Source of the DNA: an uncultured Bacillota bacterium
Lineage (GTDB): Bacteria > Bacillota_I > Bacilli_A > RFN20 > CAG-826
DNA length: 64,000 nt
Direction of reading: 5' to 3'
Assembly: GCA_949289845.1 (NCBI GenBank)
Contig: CASEPN010000003.1
Coordinates: 77,558-141,557 of the forward strand
Each line of letters opens with the position of its first letter. The stretch's first letter is position 1. Of this stretch, positions 40,678-51,065 are shown piece after piece. The position numbers were made by a program, and so were the translations under genes. The notes below the pieces were generated by a model that was not told the DNA's origin, did not search any database, and worked only from the letters and a program-made list of their open reading frames with translations.

Positions 40678-41777
40678 TGCTTCGGAGTCTTTCCTTCGAA
40701 GGAATCGAAAATTTCAGGGACCTAGGAGGCTACCAGGCCTCCTATGGCCCCACCGAGTTCGGGGTCATCTATCGCTCCGGCTCTTTGAGCGACATGACGG
40801 ATGCCGACCTTCGGTTCATCGAGGGCCTCGGCATCCGTTCCGTCGTCGACCTCAGGAGCGATGAGGTCAAGGCGAACTACTCGGACCGCACCAGGGAGAT
40901 CGAGGGCATCGCCCACTACTCCCTCTCGGTGAACGGGAACGGTAGGCTCGCCAAGGACCGGGAAGACATGGTCGAGAGCTATCTCGAGATGCTCGAGGAG
41001 CCTCATCAGGCCAGGATGATCCTCATGGCAATCGCCCATGTCGAGAAGCCGCTCATCCTGCATTGCGTCGCCGGGAAGGACAGGACCGGCGTTTTTGCTT
41101 TCCTGACCCTCTTGGCCAACGGCGTTTCCTTCGAGGACGCGAACGCGGACTACCTCGTGAGCCCCGTCTACTTGGGAAAGCTCAGGGCCCGCTCCCTTGA
41201 GAGGAATCCAGATTTCCCCAAGGCAGTGATGGATCCTGACGCCCTCTTCATGACGGAGGTGTGGGATAGGTTCCTAGATCGATACGGCTCGCTCGACTCC
41301 TACCTTGAGGACTTCCTCATGATGGGGGAGGACGACATCCGCCTCCTCAAAAACTGCCTCGGGATGCAGGAGCGCTCCTACGGGGCGGTCCTGTTCGACG
41401 AGGAAAGAAAGGTTCTCGTGGAGCGGATGCAGCATGGCCATTTTTCCCTCCCCAAGGGTCACGTGGAGCCTTTTGATAAATCCCCGGAGGACACCGCAAG
41501 GCGTGAAATCCTTGAGGAAATCGGCCTCAAACTTGAGATTTTGTCCCCTAAGACCACCTCGATCGAATACTCGCCCTACCCCGGGAAGGCCAAGAGAGTG
41601 ACCTTCTTCATCGGTCGGAGCATCGGTGGCGAGGAAAAGCCCCAGAAGGAGGAGGTCTCCTCCCTCCACTGGCTGGATCCAGAGGATGCCTTGCGGTGCC
41701 TGACGCACGATAGCGACCGCTACGTGCTCCGGTGGGCCGTCCAGGAACACTCGCTCCTGGGGAAGAAGTACCTCTAG
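40677..41777 (+). CDS. Tyrosine/lipid phosphatase (IphP/PtpB type) fused to a NUDIX hydrolase
   Basis: NFRDLGGY, YRSG, VDLRS, HCVAGKDRTG, ADYL; then ERSYGAV, LPKGHVE..TARREILEEIG. Confidence 0.87.
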   Translation: MLRSLSFEGIENFRDLGGYQASYGPTEFGVIYRSGSLSDMTDADLRFIEGLGIRSVVDLRSDEVKANYSDRTREIEGIAHYSLSVNGNGRLAKDREDMVESYLEMLEEPHQARMILMAIAHVEKPLILHCVAGKDRTGVFAFLTLLANGVSFEDANADYLVSPVYLGKLRARSLERNPDFPKAVMDPDALFMTEVWDRFLDRYGSLDSYLEDFLMMGEDDIRLLKNCLGMQERSYGAVLFDEERKVLVERMQHGHFSLPKGHVEPFDKSPEDTARREILEEIGLKLEILSPKTTSIEYSPYPGKAKRVTFFIGRSIGGEEKPQKEEVSSLHWLDPEDALRCLTHDSDRYVLRWAVQEHSLLGKKYL

Positions 41778-42646
41778 AGCGATTCCGCGATGTGTCGCGC
41801 GTAGATGAGGGCCACGTTCACCGACGTGGCCTTTTCTATTCCCTGGAGGAAGGCGTTGCTATTCACCTCGCAGAGGATGGGTCCCCCGTCTTCTGCTCTC
41901 AGAAGGTCCACCCCGCAATAATCGAGCCCAATTGCCTTGGCGGCCTTTTCGGCAACCTCAACAAAGGCCGGTTCGGGCTCGATCGCGATCCCTTGCCCCC
42001 CTTGCGCCAGATTGCTCCTGAAGTCGTGCGGGTTTTCCCGCCGCATGGCGGCCACGCATCTCCCTCCGATGACGATGAGGCGATAGTCGATGCCGTGCTC
42101 CTTTCGGATCCACTCCTGGTAGAGCCTGAGCATGTAGCGGTTCTCCCTTTCGAAGCCTATGACTTCCTGGAGCGTATTCAAAAGGAATACGGAGTTGCCC
42201 ATAGAGCCGTAGGAGAGCTTCGCGACCAAGGGAAGACCCAACTCCTCGACCACCCGTTGGGGGAAGTCCTCCTGGATGGCCTCGCTATAGGTCAAGGGTC
42301 CTGTGATTGTCTTTGGAATTCGGATGCCCGTTCCTTCTAAGGCCAGGTATGTCTTTGCCTTGTCATCGCAAATCTCGATGGAAGAGGCGGTGTCGAAGAG
42401 GCGGAAGCCTGCCTTCTCAAGGCCATGGGATACATAGTGGTCCTTATCTAGATACAGGACGAAGGCGTTCTCTTTGGCCAGGGAAGTGACCCTTCTTTCT
42501 CTTCCAAGGTAGGTGAGAATCTCCTTGTTCCTATGTGCCTCGAGTTCATAGCCAAGAGAGAGGAGTTCCTCTTTCATTCGTAGATAGAAGTTCTCCAGTC
42601 CGGGGAGGACCTTGTACGCATTGAGGACGCATGCCGCTTTTCGCAT
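41774..42646 (-). CDS. RimK-family ATP-grasp ligase
   Basis: DDK, PKT, GSMG, QE, DYRLIVIG, FRSNLAQGG, GVDLL, EVNSN. Start is 6 nt after TATAAT. Confidence 0.88.
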   Translation of the reverse strand: MRKAACVLNAYKVLPGLENFYLRMKEELLSLGYELEAHRNKEILTYLGRERRVTSLAKENAFVLYLDKDHYVSHGLEKAGFRLFDTASSIEICDDKAKTYLALEGTGIRIPKTITGPLTYSEAIQEDFPQRVVEELGLPLVAKLSYGSMGNSVFLLNTLQEVIGFERENRYMLRLYQEWIRKEHGIDYRLIVIGGRCVAAMRRENPHDFRSNLAQGGQGIAIEPEPAFVEVAEKAAKAIGLDYCGVDLLRAEDGGPILCEVNSNAFLQGIEKATSVNVALIYARHIAESL

Positions 42647-42716
42647 GATGAGATTATAGAGCGGAGAGTGTGCAAAAACTTTCACCGCATCCTCCGCTTA
42701 GGTATATCTTTTTGGT

Positions 42717-44381
42717 ATGCCAAACCACGGAACGGTCTATGTCGCGATGCCGAGCCTTCACCTAGGAGAACCCCTGAAGACAGCGGAGGAATTTTCCGCC
42801 ATTCTCAAAAAATGCAGATTTGAGGACGAGGATATTCTGATTTATCCCGCTGACGCGGTTCTCGGGGATATTGGGAGCCTTCAATACAACCAGGACCTCC
42901 AGGACGCGAGGAACAAGGCCGAGAGCCTCCTGTCGCTTGCGATGCCTTGCAACAGCGGGCTCAGCATCTTCCCTCACCTCGAGGAAGGGGAGTGGCTTGG
43001 CTATCGGAACGGTATGCTCGTGAGCGAGAACCCTATCCAAGAAGTGATGGGCATGCCTGCGATCATCCTTACTTACGGAGAGAAGGGGGATGAGCAGTCG
43101 ATAGAGGTGTTCTTCAACCAGGAGCCGGACTATCTTTGCAAGAAAGGCCACCTGCTTTCTCGTCTTGGGTCTCTTTGCATCGTCGTGTGCAATGATTCTG
43201 GAGAAAGTTCTGGGAAAGGTTCCTATAGCGGACAGGTTTTCTCGAATCTACCTAGTGTTTCATGGGGTACTCGCAGAATCCATTCCTTCATCATCGCTGA
43301 ACATCAGTCGGAAGAATTTTCGCCAACTTACTTCCCCTACACTGACTTTGAACGTGAGGAGACGCCTTCCGCGCTTCCCTTCATTCCGAACGGGGGCACC
43401 TACGAGAACATTATCCTTAAGGACGTCGAAGATGCCTTCTCGATTCTCTCCAACGCGCTGGCCAGGAGGCTGGAACGGATTGGATCTGACAAGGTGGTGA
43501 TAGGCCTTTCCGGAGGACTTGATTCCACCCTTACCCTCCTTGTAGCAATTGAGGCATTCAAAAATGCACAGCTTTCAAATGGCTTGGGCAACGAAGACCT
43601 CAAAGATCACATATTCCTCTACTCTCTCCCCTGCTTCGGAACTTCCAAGACAACGCTAGGGAACATCAACCTACTTTCCGAAGCCTCCGGTATCCCGGTG
43701 AAGGAGATTTCAATCAAGGAAAGCGTGCTCCAGCACTTTAAAGACATCGGGCATGACCCCTCCATCACCAATAGCGCTTTCGAGAATGCGCAGGCGAGAG
43801 AACGCACCCAGGTGCTTATGGATCTCGCCAATGACATCGGCGGACTGATGGTAGGGACTGGGGACATGTCGGAGCTCGCCCTCGGCTGGACGACGTTCGG
43901 CGGTGATCACCTTTCCATGTACGACACGAACGCCGGCGTCCCGAAGACCATGGTGCGCTACCTTTGCCTCGGCTATGCAAAGCTCCATCCTGAGTTCGAG
44001 AAGGCTGTCCAATCAATCATCGGAACCCCAGTCTCTCCTGAGCTTCTTCCCACCGACAAGGAAGGTTCGATCGCCCAGAAGACCGAGGAGGCCCTTGGCC
44101 CCTATGAGGTGATGGACTATTTCCTCTATGGGTTCCTTTCGTCGGCTCCAATCAGGATGATCTATGAGAAAGCCTGCAAAACCTTCGCCAACCAGTATGA
44201 TTCCGAGCAGTTGAAGCGGTGGCTCTCGCTATTCATCAGAAGGTTCGTCAACCAGTCCTTCAAGAGGAACTGCCTTTGCGATGGGCCGGTCCTTCTCCCG
44301 TTCTTCCTGGGCGGGTCCGGCTATCGCTTCCCGGGCGACATGGATCCTTCCTACCTCCTTCGGGTCGTGGAAGCGCTTTGA
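42717..44381 (+). CDS. nadE: NAD+ synthetase with a degenerate N-terminal glutaminase domain
   Basis: VIGLSGGLDST, ENAQARERT, GTGDMSELALGW, SPELLP, FKR..DGP. The N-terminal region lacks recognisable FPEL and ICED motifs. Confidence 0.88.
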   Translation: MPNHGTVYVAMPSLHLGEPLKTAEEFSAILKKCRFEDEDILIYPADAVLGDIGSLQYNQDLQDARNKAESLLSLAMPCNSGLSIFPHLEEGEWLGYRNGMLVSENPIQEVMGMPAIILTYGEKGDEQSIEVFFNQEPDYLCKKGHLLSRLGSLCIVVCNDSGESSGKGSYSGQVFSNLPSVSWGTRRIHSFIIAEHQSEEFSPTYFPYTDFEREETPSALPFIPNGGTYENIILKDVEDAFSILSNALARRLERIGSDKVVIGLSGGLDSTLTLLVAIEAFKNAQLSNGLGNEDLKDHIFLYSLPCFGTSKTTLGNINLLSEASGIPVKEISIKESVLQHFKDIGHDPSITNSAFENAQARERTQVLMDLANDIGGLMVGTGDMSELALGWTTFGGDHLSMYDTNAGVPKTMVRYLCLGYAKLHPEFEKAVQSIIGTPVSPELLPTDKEGSIAQKTEEALGPYEVMDYFLYGFLSSAPIRMIYEKACKTFANQYDSEQLKRWLSLFIRRFVNQSFKRNCLCDGPVLLPFFLGGSGYRFPGDMDPSYLLRVVEAL

Positions 44382-44423
44382 CCTTTTGGTGTGTCTTTCC
44401 CGCGCCCGTGCTACAATCGCGAC

Positions 44424-45401
44424 ATGGGCAGGAAAAGCAAGAATCCTATCGTCCTTTCCGATAAGGAACGGGAAGGCATGACCGTCGAGGAGCAGGCGCA
44501 GACCGCCTCCTACGAGGCGCAAAGCGCGGAGAACGTCCGCAAGGAGAAGAAGGAACGCAAGAAGAAGTCCCTTTCCCGCGAGATCCTTCGCTTCGTGATC
44601 GTGGGCGTCATCTGCACGATCATCGACTTCCTTGTCCAGATGCTCTTCTTCTGGGTATTCGAGAACAATCTCTCGACCCAGGAGGGCTGGGGGAGCTACG
44701 TCGCCTTCGCGATCGCTGTCACTGTTGCCTTCCTTGTCGCGAACGCGGTCAACTTCCTCTTCTCCCGCTTCTTCGTGTTCCAGAACGTGGACGAGAAGGC
44801 GGACACGAAGTCAGGCAAGGCTTTCCTGATCTACCTTGGCCTTGGCGCCGGCGGTTGGCTCATCGGCGTAGGGCTCCAGGAGCTTGGGGTCTGGATTTGC
44901 CAAAGCTGCCTCGGGATCGAGAACCTCTCGCTCAACATCGTCAACGCCTTCGACGGCGTTCTCGCCGGTGGAGTCATCGGCGAGGCCTTCTGGGCGTTCG
45001 TCGTCATCTTCTGCGTGAAGACGCTCGTCACGATGGTCTACAACTACATCACGAGGAAGCTCATCATCTTCCGTGCCCCGAAGAAAGAAGAGGAGACCTT
45101 CCATCCGGTCGACCTCGATATTCCCGCGGAGGAGCCCGGCCAGGCTCCTTGCCAGAAGGAAGAAGCCGCTTCTTCCAAGGCTGGCGACGCCTCTTCCGGG
45201 ACAACGCCCGCTCCCGTGAAGGAACCTCTCGTCACCGTCGGGAACTTCCGCACGATCTTCCGCGAGGAGCTCGAGCGGCTCTTCGGCCCCGGCAAGAAGA
45301 GGGCGGACGTCGGCACCGGCTGGCGGATCGTCTACGAGGAGCTGGAGGCGTTCGACAAGGAACACCCCGAGCTCGTAAAGAAGGGCAAGGAAGGGAACTA
45401 G
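44424..45401 (+). CDS. GtrA-family membrane protein with N- and C-terminal extensions
   Basis: RFVIVG..CT.ID, NFLFSRFFVF, NYITRKLIIF; 4 TMs. Start is 6 nt after TG-C-TACAAT. Confidence 0.8.
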   Translation: MGRKSKNPIVLSDKEREGMTVEEQAQTASYEAQSAENVRKEKKERKKKSLSREILRFVIVGVICTIIDFLVQMLFFWVFENNLSTQEGWGSYVAFAIAVTVAFLVANAVNFLFSRFFVFQNVDEKADTKSGKAFLIYLGLGAGGWLIGVGLQELGVWICQSCLGIENLSLNIVNAFDGVLAGGVIGEAFWAFVVIFCVKTLVTMVYNYITRKLIIFRAPKKEEETFHPVDLDIPAEEPGQAPCQKEEAASSKAGDASSGTTPAPVKEPLVTVGNFRTIFREELERLFGPGKKRADVGTGWRIVYEELEAFDKEHPELVKKGKEGN

Positions 45402-45419
45402 TCCTTCCAGAACGTCGAT

Positions 45420-45446
45420 GAGGGCGGCTCGTCCGCCCTTTTTCTT
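45420..45446 (+). terminator. Intrinsic terminator
   Basis: AGGGCGG-CTCGT-CCGCCCT-TTTT. Confidence 0.8.
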
Positions 45447-45468
45447 CGTTATTCCCTATAATCTCCCC

Positions 45469-46623
45469 ATGCGGATTGCGATCGTCGGTGCAGGCGCCTC
45501 TGGGCTTTTCTTAGCCAGGGCGCTCGCTCATAAGGGCATGGACATCGTCCTTTTCGAGCACAAGGACTCCGCAGGGAAAAAACTCATGGCTACCGGGAAC
45601 GGGCGCTGCAACATCCTGAACAAGGGCCTTTCACCTTACGCCTACAACAACCCTTCCTTCGTTGCTCCCCTGATCGAAGAATTCCCCTATTCCCGCCTCC
45701 ATGAAGTCATCGAGAAGGATTGGGGCGTCCCTCTTTACGAGATCGGCGAATACGTCTATCCCGCCAGCCTTTCGGCGATTGCCTTCGGGAACTATCTCCG
45801 GGGAGCGTTGGACGCGGAAATCCGCCTGAACTCAAGGGTAGGAGGCTACCGGGCCGACGAGGATGGAGTCACCCTCTTCCATGACGGCATCCGGGAACGA
45901 TTCGACGAGGTGGTCTTCGCCACGGGCGGTATGAGCGCTCCGAAGTTCGGAAGCGACGGATCGCTTGCCAAGGTGTTCGCGGAACACGGCTACAAGATTA
46001 GCGAGCTGCGTCCTGGTCTCACCCCCGTCCTCGTCGAAGAGAAAGAGGGGCTAAAGTCTATCTCTGGCGTCAGGATCAAGGCTCTGGTTCGTCTTATAGA
46101 CCAGGGACATGAGATAACCTCCGAAGAAGGGGAGGTGCTCTTCCGTAAGGATGGGCTCTCCGGGATCGTCATCTTCAATATGTCCTCCTCAATCGCGAGG
46201 AGGAACCTTTCGAACCCAGTCCTTGAGATCTTCCCCCTCCCGTCTGTCAAAGGGGACAGGGCAGCGATGCTATCCCGCTGGAAGGAGACATCCCCCGGCC
46301 ATTACCTGGAGTCCATCTTCGTGCCTTCCTTCGCCTCGTATCTTCTCGAACGTTCCAGAAGAACTGGGGTGCCTCTTGAGAATTTGATCGCTTCCATCTC
46401 CTTCCATTGGGCGGGAAATGGTGGTTTTGATGAGAGTACAGTCACCATTGGCGGCATCAAGACCAGTGAAATCTCTTCAGATTTCCACTCAATTCGCGAA
46501 AACCGCGTGTCGTTCATCGGGGAGTTGCTTGATATAGACGGAATTTGCGGAGGTTTTAACCTCTCCTTTGCCCTCATGTCCGCGCTGAAACTCGCCCAAT
46601 CGCTTCTGGATGGTATCCGCTGA
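45469..46623 (+). CDS. HI0933/BaiN-family flavoprotein
   Basis: IVGAGASG, GKKLMATGNGRCN, ATGG.S.P.FGSDG, VTIGG, GELLDIDG.CGGFNL. Start is 6 nt after TATAAT. Confidence 0.9.
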   Translation: MRIAIVGAGASGLFLARALAHKGMDIVLFEHKDSAGKKLMATGNGRCNILNKGLSPYAYNNPSFVAPLIEEFPYSRLHEVIEKDWGVPLYEIGEYVYPASLSAIAFGNYLRGALDAEIRLNSRVGGYRADEDGVTLFHDGIRERFDEVVFATGGMSAPKFGSDGSLAKVFAEHGYKISELRPGLTPVLVEEKEGLKSISGVRIKALVRLIDQGHEITSEEGEVLFRKDGLSGIVIFNMSSSIARRNLSNPVLEIFPLPSVKGDRAAMLSRWKETSPGHYLESIFVPSFASYLLERSRRTGVPLENLIASISFHWAGNGGFDESTVTIGGIKTSEISSDFHSIRENRVSFIGELLDIDGICGGFNLSFALMSALKLAQSLLDGIR

Positions 46624-46625
46624 GC

Positions 46626-46643
46626 TGCTCTCTTAAGAGAGCA
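46626..46643. repeat. Perfect 18-bp palindrome
   Basis: TGCTCTCTTAAGAGAGCA. Confidence 0.7.
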
Positions 46644-46735
46644 CCGCTTATCTCTTCGTTGACTAGCAGGGTGCGATGTCCTTAAATACGCGTGCGCCAC
46701 TCGACTGAGGGCGACTACATCATCGAGGTCTTTGC

Positions 46736-47710
46736 ATGAAGTACACAAACACTTCCAAGGTTCTTAGCCTGGTCTTCCACGGTCTTATGACCCTGGGATT
46801 CGGCGCCATGGGTATTTATTTCGCCTTCTTCGTCGTCCCCTTCGCCTTCACCACCAATCCTTACCAGTTCTCAAGCGGGCTTTTCCAGGCTAGCTACTAC
46901 CTCTACCTCGAGCTTGCCGTCCTCGGCATCGCCTTCTTTCTCATCTCCGGCTTTGGGACCTACAAGGCCTTTATGTCCATCTCCGGAGGGAAGGATTCCG
47001 ACGAGGCCGTCCGCACCTCCCTCACCTGCTTCATCACCGAGGGCTGGATTGGCGCGATCACCCTCTTCCTCGACGGCTCCGTCCTCTTTGACGCGATGAA
47101 GGGCTCCGCGAATGCCGAGATTACCTTCCCGATCGTCATGTGCGTCCTCGTCTCCATCGTGCTCCTCATCGCGACGAACATCCCGATGGTCAGGATGTAT
47201 GACGGACGGGACTACTCGCCGCTCCTTAAGTCGCTCCTCCTCGGAGGCGCGATTGTCATGATCACCCTCGCACTCGACTCCCTCTTCTCCCTGATCGGAC
47301 TCACCGCCAGGAGCTGGGACGCGAAGACGATGCCCTTCCTTTACCAGCTCATCGCCATCGTCATCCCTGCCGCCATTGCTGGCGGGCTCCTTCTCGCCGG
47401 AGGAATCCTCCTCCCGAAGAAAGAGGCTTCACCGAAGAAGATGCAGCTCGGGACGATCCTCCTTGGCGCCTCGATGATCATCGTCTCCGTCACGTTCCTG
47501 ACCCACGCCTCCCTCGAGTTCGTCTGGCAGGCCGACTATCGCTACCACCTTATCGGTCTCCTCAACGTCGAGAACGGCTTCCAGTACCCGGGGCTTGGCT
47601 ATGGGATCATGTCCGTGATCGCCGCCGCCTTCCTCATCGGGGGAGGGGTTGCCGCGATCCTCTTCTCTGGGAAAGGCGAAAAGAAGCCTGGCCCCAGGCA
47701 TCAGGCCTAA
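46736..47710 (+). CDS. Hypothetical ~8-TM membrane protein
   Basis: 324-aa hydrophobic ORF with host-like codon bias; no family recognised. Confidence 0.75.
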   Translation: MKYTNTSKVLSLVFHGLMTLGFGAMGIYFAFFVVPFAFTTNPYQFSSGLFQASYYLYLELAVLGIAFFLISGFGTYKAFMSISGGKDSDEAVRTSLTCFITEGWIGAITLFLDGSVLFDAMKGSANAEITFPIVMCVLVSIVLLIATNIPMVRMYDGRDYSPLLKSLLLGGAIVMITLALDSLFSLIGLTARSWDAKTMPFLYQLIAIVIPAAIAGGLLLAGGILLPKKEASPKKMQLGTILLGASMIIVSVTFLTHASLEFVWQADYRYHLIGLLNVENGFQYPGLGYGIMSVIAAAFLIGGGVAAILFSGKGEKKPGPRHQA

Positions 47711-47726
47711 AGGAAGAGGGCAATGG

Positions 47727-47756
47727 AAAAGGGAGGCGCGAGCCTCCCGCTTTTTC
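47727..47756. terminator. Bidirectional intrinsic terminator
   Basis: AAAAGGGAGGC-GCGA-GCCTCCCGCTTTTT. Confidence 0.82.
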
Positions 47757-47768
47757 GTCCTTTTGAAT

Positions 47769-48251
47769 CTAGTAGATGGGGGAGAAGTCGCGGACGACGA
47801 CCACCTCGTCGTAAAGCTCCCTCACCTCGTCGGAGATTGGCTCGAATTCCTCCCGGAAGCGCTCCATGACGTTCTCGGGGACGATCCTGCCCTCCTCGCG
47901 CATACGGTTCTGCCGGCAGCAGGTTTCGAATGGCATATCGAAGAACACGAGGACATGGCGGTCGAATCCCGGGGTCTCCTTCGCGTACATCGCGCGGAAC
48001 TTGTTCTGGAGGTTCGTGGCGTCGGCGATGACCGTCGCGTTCTCATCCTCCGCTCCGTAGCGGTTCAGTCTCTCAAGGAACGTCTTCCAGACAAGCCCCT
48101 CGTCCCGGAAGTCCTGGGCCTTTCCGAATAGTTCCTCGCGGATGGAGTCGGAGGAGACGATCTTGGTCTTCGGGTTCGCCCTCTGGTACTTGGCCGCCCA
48201 GGTGCTCTTCCCGCTCCCGGGGAGCGCGCTCAGGAGAATCATCGTTCTCAT
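47769..48251 (-). CDS. AAA_33-type P-loop kinase (polynucleotide kinase-like)
   Basis: LPGSGKST, SSDSIR, IADATN, R..RIVP. Confidence 0.82.
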   Translation of the reverse strand: MRTMILLSALPGSGKSTWAAKYQRANPKTKIVSSDSIREELFGKAQDFRDEGLVWKTFLERLNRYGAEDENATVIADATNLQNKFRAMYAKETPGFDRHVLVFFDMPFETCCRQNRMREEGRIVPENVMERFREEFEPISDEVRELYDEVVVVRDFSPIY

Positions 48252-48361
48252 ACGGGCTGATTTTATAGAAGCGGAAAAGCGAATTCCTCCCTCCGTTGAT
48301 GAAAGCGATTGCATATCGCCCAATTGTTGGTAAAGGGATTTCCATCGCCCATAATGCAGCC

Positions 48362-49336
48362 ATGCAAGAGGAAGCGCTTCTCAAGGACATCGTTCTCTTC
48401 CGCCTCACCTCCTCGCCCCTCCTGGCGAAGGAAGTCGCGGACATCCTTTCCTTGCCCCTGGGGGAGTGCGAGGTCCGGCACTTCGCCGACGGCGAGGTCA
48501 TGGCGCGCCCCATCACGAACGTCCGCGGGAAGAAGGTGTACGTGATCCAGAGCACCTCCACCCCCGTCGCGGAGAGGCTCATGGAGCTTCTCATCTTCAT
48601 CGACGGGCTCAGGAACGCGAAGGCGAAGGAAGTGAACCTTGTCATCCCCTACTACGGATTCTGCCGTCAGGACCGCATCGCCCGTAGCGGGGAGCCGATC
48701 ACCGCGAAGCTCGTGGCAGACCTCCTGGAGACCGTCGGGGTCAACCGCGTCATCACGATGGACCTCCACACTCCCCAGACCCAGGGGTTCTTCTCCTGTC
48801 CCGTGGACGACCTTTCGCCCATCTCCCTCTTCGGGGAGTACTACCGGGCGAAGCTCAAGGAGATGGGGATCCCGACCTCCGAGGTCACCGTGGTCTCCCC
48901 GGACCATGGTTCGATCCACCGGGCAAGAGACCTTGCCAGCGAGCTTCCCGACAGCAGCCTCTCCATCATCGACAAGAGGCGCCCTGCCCCGAACGAGGCG
49001 GAGGTCATCAACGTGGTCGGCGAGGTCGAGGGGAAGACGTGCATCATCATCGACGACATCATCGACACGGCAGGGACGGTCCTCGCCTCCGCGGACACCT
49101 TGCGGGCGCACGGGGCCAAGGGGCTCCTTGTCGGCGGGACTCACGGAATCCTCTCCGGGGAGTCCGAGGAGAGGCTCCGCACCGCCTCCTTCATCCAGGA
49201 TCTCTGCCTCACCAACTCCATCGAGCGGGACATCCCCTGGGTGAGCAGAATCTCGATCGCCCCGATGATCGCGGGGGTGATCCGCGCTTCCGAGACCGGG
49301 CTTCCCGTCCCTGACGATTGGATGGCCTTTTATTGA
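48362..49336 (+). CDS. prs: Ribose-phosphate pyrophosphokinase
   Basis: FADGE, IPYYG..RQDR, DLH..Q.QGFF, VSPD.G, DDIIDTAGT. TTGGTA-17-CATAAT lies 6 nt before ATG 48362. Confidence 0.94.
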   Translation: MQEEALLKDIVLFRLTSSPLLAKEVADILSLPLGECEVRHFADGEVMARPITNVRGKKVYVIQSTSTPVAERLMELLIFIDGLRNAKAKEVNLVIPYYGFCRQDRIARSGEPITAKLVADLLETVGVNRVITMDLHTPQTQGFFSCPVDDLSPISLFGEYYRAKLKEMGIPTSEVTVVSPDHGSIHRARDLASELPDSSLSIIDKRRPAPNEAEVINVVGEVEGKTCIIIDDIIDTAGTVLASADTLRAHGAKGLLVGGTHGILSGESEERLRTASFIQDLCLTNSIERDIPWVSRISIAPMIAGVIRASETGLPVPDDWMAFY

Positions 49337-49371
49337 GAAAACCTCTCAATTCCCATATAAAACTTTAGAAA

Positions 49372-49412
49372 ACGTGTTCTATCCTCTGAACCACGTCTAA
49401 AAAACAAGGAGG
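49372..49412 (+). promoter_or_regulatory. preQ1 class I riboswitch (probably translational)
   Basis: P1 stem ACGTG/CACGT; loop TTCTATCCTCTGAAC starts with U and ends with the specificity C; A-rich tail CTAAAAAACAAGGAGG runs into the SD; upstream of queT-tgt-queA-queH. Confidence 0.8.
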
Positions 49413-49425
49413 TCGCAGCAACCAT

Positions 49426-49926
49426 ATGCTGACTACTAGGAAAATCGCTGAGAACGCGATCGTCGCGGCTCTCTACTTCGTCCTCACCATTGTGTCCGCA
49501 CCCATCGCATACGGGCAGATCCAGTTTCGGATCGCGGAGGCGCTCATGCTCCTTTGCTTCTTCAGGAAGGACTTTGTCATCGGCCTTACGGTGGGATGCT
49601 TCCTCGCCAACCTCGGGAGCACCCTCCTCCCCTGGGACTTGATGTTCGGGACGCTCGCGACCCTTCTCGCAGGCCTTGCGATCGCCTACCTGAGCCCGCG
49701 GCTCATCGTCGCCACGCTCTATCCCGCGCTATTCAACGCCTTCATCGTTGGCGCTGAGCTCTATTACATTCTCGAGCTGCCCTTCTGGCTTAACGTCGGC
49801 TACGTCGCCCTTGGGGAAATCGTCGTCCTGGCCGGAGGCTACCTTCTCTTCCTGCTTCTTTCCCGGAACAAGGGGTTCATGGACGTCCTCCGGGCGGAGC
49901 CTTCGCGTAGGGCGCTCCGTTGGTGA
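49426..49926 (+). CDS. queT: QueT preQ1/queuosine-precursor transporter
   Basis: AIVAALY, YGQIQFRIAEAL, GLTVGCFLAN, DLMFGTLAT; context. Confidence 0.9.
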   Translation: MLTTRKIAENAIVAALYFVLTIVSAPIAYGQIQFRIAEALMLLCFFRKDFVIGLTVGCFLANLGSTLLPWDLMFGTLATLLAGLAIAYLSPRLIVATLYPALFNAFIVGAELYYILELPFWLNVGYVALGEIVVLAGGYLLFLLLSRNKGFMDVLRAEPSRRALRW

Positions 49927-49936
49927 GATAATCTAG

Positions 49937-51064
<1,128 letters not shown>

Positions 51065-51065
51065 C

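Noticed and set aside
41774-46623. Lower-GC rimK, nadE and HI0933 as a horizontally acquired island
   Set aside because: Similar relaxed codon bias occurs in other low-expression core genes (trxB, rpiB, comF). There are no mobility signals.
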